Assembly (NCBI GenBank): GCA_964440135.1
Contig: CAYTQQ010000014.1
Span: 1 to 45,393, forward strand
Source: an uncultured Cellvibrionaceae bacterium
GTDB taxonomy: Bacteria; Pseudomonadota; Gammaproteobacteria; Pseudomonadales; Cellvibrionaceae
DNA: 45,393 nt
Direction: 5' to 3'
In this document: positions 9,276 to 16,621 of the stretch, in pieces
Position numbering within the stretch: the first letter of the stretch is position 1
Layout of the letters: each line of letters opens with the position of its first letter
Notes under the pieces: generated by a model
Told to the model about the DNA's origin: nothing
The model's database searches: none
The model's input: the letters and a program-made list of their open reading frames with translations, nothing else
Made by a program: the position numbers and the translations under genes

Positions 9276-9329
9276 ACCTTAATGGCGGCATAAACCTATG
9301 GCAATAGAACTTTGATAACTTTTTACTAT
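9276..9329 (-). promoter_or_regulatory. LysR/OxyR-type box copy 3 and sigma70-like promoter of sRNA B
   Basis: ATAG-taaaaag-TTAT-caaagtt-CTAT (9329-9304); -35 TTGCCA, 17 nt spacer, -10 TAAGGT. Confidence 0.65.
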
Positions 9330-9470
9330 TGCGTAGCCGGCCGCTTCAAAGTCACTTGAATTTAAACGACCTCTACCCTTTTTGGGGTATTCAGAACGGG
9401 TTGAATAGCGTGGTAGGCTTGGCAAGCAAATAATAAAGGTTGTTATGCACCATGGCGGTAGAGTTAAATC

Positions 9471-10463
9471 ATGACTTTAGCGGAACTTCAGTATCTTATT
9501 GCGCTGGATCAGGAGCAACACTTTGGTCGCGCAGCGGCTGCGTGCGGCGTCAGCCAACCCGCATTGAGCAATGCAATACACCACCTTGAAACCGAATTAG
9601 AGGTGATATTGTTTGAGCGATCCAGGTCGGGGGTGCGCGCCACCACCGTAGGCGAGCAGATTATTGATCAGGCGCGTCGCGTCCTGGCCACGGCCGCCTC
9701 AATAAAAGATTTGGTGAGCGCGGGTGACAACCACTTAAACGCCCCTATATCCGTCGGAGCACACAATACAATCGGCCCCTATCTATTTCCTCGGTGCACA
9801 ATACAACTCGAAAAAGAAAATAGTCCGCTAACCTTGCGCACAGAAGAAGGTGATACCGCATTATTGGTTGACCGGCTTGCACGCGGTGACCTTGATGCCG
9901 CGATTGTCACCCAAAAAATCCATGCAGCGGACATTTTGATTCAACACTTATTCAACGAGCCGCTGGTTGCGGTCGTGCCTCAACAACACCGATTAGCAAG
10001 GTTACCGACACTAACCGCCAGCTGTCTCCAACATGAGTTTCTGCGCCCGCCTCCATACGAGCAAGGCCTGCCGCAGCGAATTCGCGAAGTACTTTCGATT
10101 ATAGAAGTACTTCCCACTATAAAAGACGAACTGGACACATGTTTTCGTCACGCAAACGACACCGAGAAGTATTCGCTGGAGATGGTTCGCGCCATGTTAT
10201 CCACCGGTCCAGGCATCACAATTATGCCTCTAGCGGCTGCGCTGATCATCTGTGCGGAATCGGACCACTTGGTTTTTCGTCCATTCGCCGACCAGGCCAT
10301 TAATCGTCCGGTGGCTTTGGCTTGGCGGACCAGCTACCCGCGCCATCGCGCAATAGACGCCCTTCGTCGCGTGATATTGGCCTGCAAGCCGACTCTGGAA
10401 ACCTACACAACTGAGCACCGGTCAAATCGGCGCGGGCTACTGGTCGACAATACATTCTGGTAA
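9471..10463 (+). CDS. LysR-family transcriptional regulator; OxyR-like paralog lacking the redox Cys motif
   Basis: HTH MTLAELQYLIALDQEQHFGRAAAACGVSQPALS; TIGPYLFP and VALAWRTSYPR resemble Pseudomonas-type OxyR; no GHC(F/L)RDQxxxxC segment. Confidence 0.88.
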   Translation: MTLAELQYLIALDQEQHFGRAAAACGVSQPALSNAIHHLETELEVILFERSRSGVRATTVGEQIIDQARRVLATAASIKDLVSAGDNHLNAPISVGAHNTIGPYLFPRCTIQLEKENSPLTLRTEEGDTALLVDRLARGDLDAAIVTQKIHAADILIQHLFNEPLVAVVPQQHRLARLPTLTASCLQHEFLRPPPYEQGLPQRIREVLSIIEVLPTIKDELDTCFRHANDTEKYSLEMVRAMLSTGPGITIMPLAAALIICAESDHLVFRPFADQAINRPVALAWRTSYPRHRAIDALRRVILACKPTLETYTTEHRSNRRGLLVDNTFW

Positions 10464-11975
10464 ATGCCGAGGCTATTAATGAAACCGATCCGCAAAATTG
10501 TCATTGTCGGTGGCGGCACTGCAGGCTGGACGACGGCGGCCATGCTGAGTTCGCAGCTGCGCCGCGATATATGTCAAATTGAATTGATCGAATCAACAGA
10601 GCTGGCAACCATCGGCGTGGGCGAATCCACTATTCCACCGTTTGTTCGGTTTGTTCAAAACCTTGGTATTGATGAGGCGGATTTTATTTCCGCGACAGAT
10701 GCTTGCTATAAGTTGGGCATAAAATTTATTGACTGGCATCACAAAGGCGATTCTTTTTTTCATTCCTTTGGCGTCATTGGCCGCCCTTTTGGCTTGCACA
10801 GTTTCTACCAATGCTGGCGAAAGGCGATTGAAATGGGTCACGACTATGCCTTATGTGATTTCGCACCAAGTGCCGTTATGGCAGCCGCTGGTCGATTTTT
10901 TCCACCGCAAAAATTGCGCGGCTCGCCCATGGGGGGTGCTAATTACGCGATTCATATGGATTCATTGCGCGTCGCCGAATACTTGCGCGGCTTTGCAGAG
11001 CAGCGTGGCGTACGGCGAATTGAGGGGCACGTTACGCAGGTAAAGCAGCGTGATAACGGCTTTATCGATTCATTGCAGCTTAAATGCGGTCGTATGGTGG
11101 CAGGAGATTTCTTTATTGATTGTACGGGGTTCAAGGCGTTGCTTATCCGCCAGACACTCGGCTCCCGCTTTGAAGACTGGTCCTCCTTTCTGCCCTGCGA
11201 TCGAGCGGCGGTTGTCCGCAGCGAATTCAATGTGCAACCCCCACCCTATACCACAGCGACGGCACAAAAGGCCGGCTGGATGTGGCGTATACCCTTAAAT
11301 GGTGTGGTGGGTAACGGGTATGTTTATGCCAGTGAACACTGCTCGGACCAAGATGCTAAATCGGTATTGTTGCGAGGCCTCGAAAGCGCTCGCATCAACG
11401 ACGTTCAGATCATTCCATTTACCACCGGACGACAGCAGGAATTCTGGAAGAATAACTGCCTATCCGTGGGTTTATCGTCTGGCTTTATTGAGCCTCTCGA
11501 ATCAACCGCGATTCATCTTATCACTCGGGCGCTCGATTTTTTTCTCCGGTTTTTTCCCGATTGTGATTGCGATCCAACGTTAATCAAAGAGTACAACCGC
11601 AGAATGGCGTTGGATTATGAAGAGGTTCGGGATTTTGTGGCCTTGCACTACCATGGGACTCAGCGTCAAGACACGCCGTTTTGGCAGCAATGTCAGGCTG
11701 CTCCAATCCCCGATAGCTTGAAAGAAAAATTGGCTTTGTTCAAAGCAAATGGACAGCTACCGGACGGTGTGGACGAACTGTTTGGTGAGTCGAGTTGGAT
11801 TGCACTGCTGGAAGGTATGGGGATTCGTTCTAAGCAGTATTGCCCACGCGTCGACAATATCGACTTTGAGGAGATCGACCGGTATTTATTTGAACTCAGA
11901 GCGGCAATTCAAGAAGCGTCCGAGAGTCTGCCACATTATGACGACTATATTCGGCGGAACATTGGTTTACATTAA
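10464..11975 (+). CDS. Flavin-dependent halogenase (tryptophan halogenase family)
   Basis: GGGTAG FAD motif, IGVGESTIP, catalytic Lys in YKLGIKF, WMWRIP, GFIEPLES; the true start may be ATG 10479. Confidence 0.92.
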   Translation: MPRLLMKPIRKIVIVGGGTAGWTTAAMLSSQLRRDICQIELIESTELATIGVGESTIPPFVRFVQNLGIDEADFISATDACYKLGIKFIDWHHKGDSFFHSFGVIGRPFGLHSFYQCWRKAIEMGHDYALCDFAPSAVMAAAGRFFPPQKLRGSPMGGANYAIHMDSLRVAEYLRGFAEQRGVRRIEGHVTQVKQRDNGFIDSLQLKCGRMVAGDFFIDCTGFKALLIRQTLGSRFEDWSSFLPCDRAAVVRSEFNVQPPPYTTATAQKAGWMWRIPLNGVVGNGYVYASEHCSDQDAKSVLLRGLESARINDVQIIPFTTGRQQEFWKNNCLSVGLSSGFIEPLESTAIHLITRALDFFLRFFPDCDCDPTLIKEYNRRMALDYEEVRDFVALHYHGTQRQDTPFWQQCQAAPIPDSLKEKLALFKANGQLPDGVDELFGESSWIALLEGMGIRSKQYCPRVDNIDFEEIDRYLFELRAAIQEASESLPHYDDYIRRNIGLH

Positions 11976-12031
11976 AAAAAGCCAGCATTACTGCTGGCAA
12001 AGGGCTTAGCGTAAAGATATTTACAGCTCAC

Positions 12032-12059
12032 AAAGCGGGCGCGTTAAAACGCCCGCTTT
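12032..12059. terminator. Probable bidirectional terminator between halogenase and norB
   Basis: 10 bp inverted repeat AAAGCGGGCG-N8-CGCCCGCTTT between convergent genes. Confidence 0.75.
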
Positions 12060-12065
12060 CATGCC

Positions 12066-14396
12066 TTAGGAGTGACGACTGCCATCACAACTGCCACAGC
12101 AAACCGTAGCAGCTGCCGCAGATGTATTTTGCGGATCGATGATATGTGCGGCGGATGATGTTTTGTAGCCAAAAACTCCCAACACCACCTGCCAGCTGAC
12201 AGCAAACGCGCCGACAATAAACACCACGTCACCGAATGTACGAACCCAGCGCAGAGTTTGCAGGATATCCTGTTGCATAAACTCTTCGCTGCGTGCATAC
12301 CACATACCTTCCGATACGCTCGCATAGAACTGGATAATACCGATTGGCAACAAGCTGGTAAAAATCATCAACGCCAAGCCGCCATTTAAACCCCAAAATG
12401 CCACTTTCATCAGGCGCTCGTTAAACACAAAATCGACGCGGATGTAGCGCAGAACGAGCAAGATAAACCCGAGAGCAAGAAAGCCGTATACGCCAAAGAG
12501 TGCCGCATGGGCATGCACAGGTGTCGTATTAAGACCTTGGATATAATATAGAGCAATGGGCGGATTGATCATAAAGCCGAGAACACCGGCGCCCAACATA
12601 TTCCAGAAGGCAACGGCCACGAAAAACAATAATGGCCATCGAACTTCCTGCATCCAAGGTGCGCGATTTTTCAGCTTCCAATTCTCCCAAGCTTCGTAAC
12701 CCAGCACCACCAAAGGAACCACTTCCAGAGCGCTGAAGGTAGCGCCCACTGCCATCACCGGTGTTGTCGTTCCGGCAAAATATAAGTGGTGAAATGTTCC
12801 GGGTATGCCGCCCAACATAAATAATGAAGCGGACGCTAGGCTTGCAGTGGTTGCCATGCGACGTGATACCAGTCCCATGCTGCAAAAGATAAAGGACAGC
12901 GCAGCCGTTGCAAAGACTTCGAAAAACCCTTCTACCCACAAGTGCACGATCCACCAGCGCCAGTATTCCATGACAGACAACACAGTGCGCTCACCATAGA
13001 AAAAGCCGGCGCCGTAAAATAAACCTATGGCGATAACCGAGGCGGTTAACAATGCCAGCAGGTTTTTATCACCGGGTTTGTATAATGCAGGCACGATACC
13101 GCGCAGCATTAACACCAGCCAAAAAACGATGCCAAGAAATTTCCCGATTTGCCAAAAGCGCCCAAGATCCACATATTCGTAACCTTGATGACCCAGCCAG
13201 AAGTTCAGATTTGCCGGCATAATATGGGCGATGGCCAAGTAGTTGCCGATAAATGAACCAACAACAACGACGATCAATGCCCAAAACAAAATGTCGACAC
13301 CGAGCTTCTGATATTTTGGATCTTTACCGCCATTGATAATCGGCGCAAGAAATAAACCTGCCGCTAAAAATCCGGTAGCAATCCAAAAGAGCGCTGCCTG
13401 TATATGCCAAGTGCGGGTCAATGAATAGGGAAACCATTGCGATACGTTGATACCGTAAAACTCCTGCCCCTCCACTGTATAGTGCGCCGTAAAACCACCC
13501 AACATTACCTGAAAGGTAAATAGAGCCACTACCAGGAATAGATATTTACCTAGCGCACGCTGTGACGGTGTCAGCGCCACCAATGAGATTGGATCTTTTA
13601 CCGGTGCTTCTGGCTCGTGTTCGTCTTCCTTGCGCAAAAACGCCCACGCCCAGATTAACGCACCGATACCGGCGACCAATAAAATAACGCTGGCGATGGA
13701 CCAGATAATATTTTCCGCCGTTGGTTTATTGTCGATCAGTGGCTCGTGCGGCCAATTATTGGTGTAGGTGGCTGCGCTATCGGGCCGCTCAGTACCGGCT
13801 GCCCATGCTGTCCAGAAGAAAAACTCCGCTAAACGGTCGCGGCGCTCTGCGTCGGGCAAGGTGTTTTCTTTCATCGCATAGCTAACCCGGGTACTGCGCA
13901 ATTCCGGATCTGCACTGAATAAACTAACGTAGTAGGCGGCTGTTTCTTCAATCGCTTGTGCGCGCCGGTTGCTGACCGTCAGAGTATCGGTGTCCGGGTT
14001 ATAGCGGTTGGTCCGATAGTCCATTTTCAGATCGTATTGCAACGCGTTTTGCTGCGCGCCATTTAATTCATTGTATGGCGCTGCATATATATCGTGCGCC
14101 GCCAAGTCAAGCCACTCTATGAGTTCTCGGTGCAACCAATCGGCGGACCAGTCCGGTGCCTGATAGGCACCGTGGCCCCAAATGGATCCCAGCTGCATCC
14201 CACCCACGGATTGCCACGCGGTTTGGCCATCGAGAATGCTGTCGTGTGTCATCAACACGACACCGTTATCACTCACCACCTGCGCGGGAATCGGCGGCGC
14301 CTGGCGATAGACCTCACGCCCAAAGTATCCCAGAATTCCAAATGTCAGCATTAGGATGGCAATCAACAACCACCATAATTTGCGATATTCACCCAT
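12066..14396 (-). CDS. norB: Quinol-dependent nitric oxide reductase (qNor, single subunit)
   Basis: GSIWGHGAYQAPDW, RTWHIQ, WWIVHLWVEGFFEVF, GTFHHLYF, HAHAALFGVYG; start set at ATG 14396 overlapping the ytfE stop (ORF extends to 14432). Confidence 0.95.
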   Translation of the reverse strand: MGEYRKLWWLLIAILMLTFGILGYFGREVYRQAPPIPAQVVSDNGVVLMTHDSILDGQTAWQSVGGMQLGSIWGHGAYQAPDWSADWLHRELIEWLDLAAHDIYAAPYNELNGAQQNALQYDLKMDYRTNRYNPDTDTLTVSNRRAQAIEETAAYYVSLFSADPELRSTRVSYAMKENTLPDAERRDRLAEFFFWTAWAAGTERPDSAATYTNNWPHEPLIDNKPTAENIIWSIASVILLVAGIGALIWAWAFLRKEDEHEPEAPVKDPISLVALTPSQRALGKYLFLVVALFTFQVMLGGFTAHYTVEGQEFYGINVSQWFPYSLTRTWHIQAALFWIATGFLAAGLFLAPIINGGKDPKYQKLGVDILFWALIVVVVGSFIGNYLAIAHIMPANLNFWLGHQGYEYVDLGRFWQIGKFLGIVFWLVLMLRGIVPALYKPGDKNLLALLTASVIAIGLFYGAGFFYGERTVLSVMEYWRWWIVHLWVEGFFEVFATAALSFIFCSMGLVSRRMATTASLASASLFMLGGIPGTFHHLYFAGTTTPVMAVGATFSALEVVPLVVLGYEAWENWKLKNRAPWMQEVRWPLLFFVAVAFWNMLGAGVLGFMINPPIALYYIQGLNTTPVHAHAALFGVYGFLALGFILLVLRYIRVDFVFNERLMKVAFWGLNGGLALMIFTSLLPIGIIQFYASVSEGMWYARSEEFMQQDILQTLRWVRTFGDVVFIVGAFAVSWQVVLGVFGYKTSSAAHIIDPQNTSAAAATVCCGSCDGSRHS

Positions 14397-15069
14397 GATG
14401 TGTGCCCCCAAGATGGCCATCGATACGATCAAATAAAATATTGTTTTCTAAGTGGATGTGATCCATTAAATCTGTTTGCAGCGTGGCCAGACCAAAATAC
14501 AGCGCACGCCAGGTATTACAGGCGCCTTGGGGCAAGGAAATACCGCGGGTAATGCGCCCAATTTCGGCAAGCGCATGACCGTGGTCATCGTGCTCACGGC
14601 GCATCACCGCCACGGGATTCGTCGCCGCGTTTTTCATGCCCCGACTGATCATAGGAAAAAGAATCTGCTCTTCTTTTTGCATATGACCTTCCAGATCCTC
14701 CAGCATGGCCTCCAGATGCGCGGTCAATCCGGCTGGACACTCGACATGACCTCCGTGAACCAACTCCACCCTTTGTGCGAGGCGAATTAATTCTGGAAGT
14801 TGTTGGCGGTGGGTGTCGTGGTAACGGGTGAGGATATGTTCGATCAATTCCATGTCCGACAGGTGGCTCCAATTCTGAGCGCCTACCGCCGGGGCAAGGG
14901 CAGACAGCTCCCCCGCCAACACCTCGGCATCCAGCGCCCGCGCGGCTGACGCATCCCGCAGGCTGTGTTTGCCGCCGCAACAAAAGTCCAATTGGTACTT
15001 ATGGAAAATGGCCGTAGCGCCGGGAATACTCCGAGCAATTTGGCCGAGGCTCTGATCTAGGATGGTCAT
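14389..15069 (-). CDS. ytfE: Iron-sulfur cluster repair di-iron protein (RIC/NorA)
   Basis: DFCCGG N-terminal motif; hemerythrin-like RYHDTH, HMQKEEQILFP, EHDDH, HIHLENNILF. Confidence 0.95.
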   Translation of the reverse strand: MTILDQSLGQIARSIPGATAIFHKYQLDFCCGGKHSLRDASAARALDAEVLAGELSALAPAVGAQNWSHLSDMELIEHILTRYHDTHRQQLPELIRLAQRVELVHGGHVECPAGLTAHLEAMLEDLEGHMQKEEQILFPMISRGMKNAATNPVAVMRREHDDHGHALAEIGRITRGISLPQGACNTWRALYFGLATLQTDLMDHIHLENNILFDRIDGHLGGTHHG

Positions 15070-15127
15070 CTGCTTTTACTCTGGCTAAGGATACAAAGAA
15101 AAGTGTCAGGAAACGGTCGACACGCAT

Positions 15128-15176
15128 AAGATATATTTTGCATACATCTTTTAAAGATGTAAACTAAATAGATGTT
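15128..15176 (-). promoter_or_regulatory. Tandem NsrR-like operators upstream of ytfE-norB
   Basis: AAGATATATTT-T-GCATACATCTT (15128-15150) matches the NsrR 11-1-11 consensus; a second weaker site AAGATGTAAAC-T-AAATAGATGTT at 15154-15176. Confidence 0.75.
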
Positions 15177-15449
15177 TAGTCATCGTATTTTTTTATATCG
15201 CTGGAGAGTGAGCTAAAGGCAGGTCAAATAGTCAGAATTGCAATATCATGGAAAGCCAGCACAAGCTGGCCGAGCTTAGGGTACGCTATCGGCCGTCAGT
15301 TGCTGGTGCAGCGCCCTAACGCCTATTTCTAGACCGACATAACTCAGCGGGCATGTAATCGTTACATTGTTGAATATGCCAACACAGTTGCATTAGCACA
15401 TTTGTTGCGCTCGATGGAATTGCCCAGCTGTTATGGAGCTTGTCGTGAT

Positions 15450-15833
15450 TTATGTTGCGGGTATCTCTTGGACAGGAATTAAATCCGGCAGATGATAGGT
15501 GTGGTGCAATATGCGATAAAAGTCAGCTGCCGTACAATCTTCGCCATCGCGTTTCTTCAACCCTAGACTGGTTAACTCCAGATACCACTTCGGTGTTACA
15601 CCATGCAGCGCGAGGGTATTTTTAACACAGCCGAGTCGACAACCATCAATGGCCAAAATATCCCGTCCGGACTTGGCAATGTTGACGAGTTTTTTTACTT
15701 GCCCTCCCACCCCAGCAATACACGACATCTGCGCCAACCCTTCGCGATCCATTACCACCGCGACATCATTTGCCAGCTGGGCCACATTGGAACAGCCAGA
15801 ACAGGAATACACTAAAGGTTTTACAGGTGTCAT
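15450..15833 (-). CDS. DGC-domain putative zinc-binding protein
   Basis: YSCSGCSNVAQLAN, MSCIAGVGG, AIDGCRLGC. Confidence 0.85.
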   Translation of the reverse strand: MTPVKPLVYSCSGCSNVAQLANDVAVVMDREGLAQMSCIAGVGGQVKKLVNIAKSGRDILAIDGCRLGCVKNTLALHGVTPKWYLELTSLGLKKRDGEDCTAADFYRILHHTYHLPDLIPVQEIPAT

Positions 15834-15898
15834 CGCTTTTCTCCGGTATGGGTAGTCGGGATGAGAGAGCCATCATGCGCTTTCCAAGCGCATTCGGA

Positions 15899-15912
15899 TT
15901 GATTTTTATCAA
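15899..15912. promoter_or_regulatory. FNR/Anr/Dnr box upstream of the DGC gene
   Basis: Perfect TTGAT-TTTT-ATCAA. Confidence 0.85.
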
Positions 15913-15949
15913 ACGACTCTGGAGGTTTTGGTAAAAAATTCAGAACATA

Positions 15950-16621
15950 CTATCCACACTTAGAATTGCCACAGCACAGACAGGTTTTACAGCCATCCAT
16001 ATAGATAACGGCCTTCGTGTGACACTTCAAACACAGCTCCGCTGATGGTGGATATCCATCATTCGTCGCCTCCAGACTATGATGGCTTTCGTATTGCTTT
16101 TGCTTTTCCTGCAAAAACTGTTGCTGATATTCACTTTTCTCTTCCGGCTTTATCAGGCCTATATATTTTAGATGTGTCTCGATAGCATCGCCGATTTCGG
16201 CCACCAGGGATGGCATAAAACGCCCACCGCTTTTGAAGTATCCGCCCTGCGGATCAAACACCGCCTTTAGCTCCTCCACCAGAAACGTCACATCGCCACC
16301 TTTACGAAATACCGCGGAAATGACGCGGGTTAAAGCCACAACCCATTGGAAGTGTTCCATATTCTTGGAGTTGATGAATATTTCAAATGGACGGCGGACT
16401 TCGTGGTCTGTGCCTGCATTTAATAGAACGTCATTTATGGTGATGTACAGCGAGTGATCGGATAAAGGCGTTTTAATCTTATAGGTCGTGCCAGATAGCA
16501 TCTCTGGACGCTCCAGCTTTTCATGCATCTGTTCTATTGCATTCGCAGGATCATCCGTTTTTGTCTTAACAGATACCGAAATAATTTTTTGATTGATCTT
16601 TGCCGTCTTAGAATTTTCCAT
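15950..16621 (-). CDS. nrdJb: Class II ribonucleotide reductase, NrdJb subunit (TSCPD domain + Cys cluster)
   Basis: RPEMLSGTTYKIKTP, RPFEIFINSKN, FRKGGDVTFLVEEL, C-terminal CLKC..GCKTCLCCGNSKCG; overlaps the nrdJa stop. Confidence 0.9.
   Translation of the reverse strand: MENSKTAKINQKIISVSVKTKTDDPANAIEQMHEKLERPEMLSGTTYKIKTPLSDHSLYITINDVLLNAGTDHEVRRPFEIFINSKNMEHFQWVVALTRVISAVFRKGGDVTFLVEELKAVFDPQGGYFKSGGRFMPSLVAEIGDAIETHLKYIGLIKPEEKSEYQQQFLQEKQKQYESHHSLEATNDGYPPSAELCLKCHTKAVIYMDGCKTCLCCGNSKCG

Noticed and set aside
15352-15366. ATGTAA-TCG-TTACAT palindrome resembling a LacI/HexR operator
   Set aside because: Spacing does not match the consensus and there is no cognate regulator or obvious promoter
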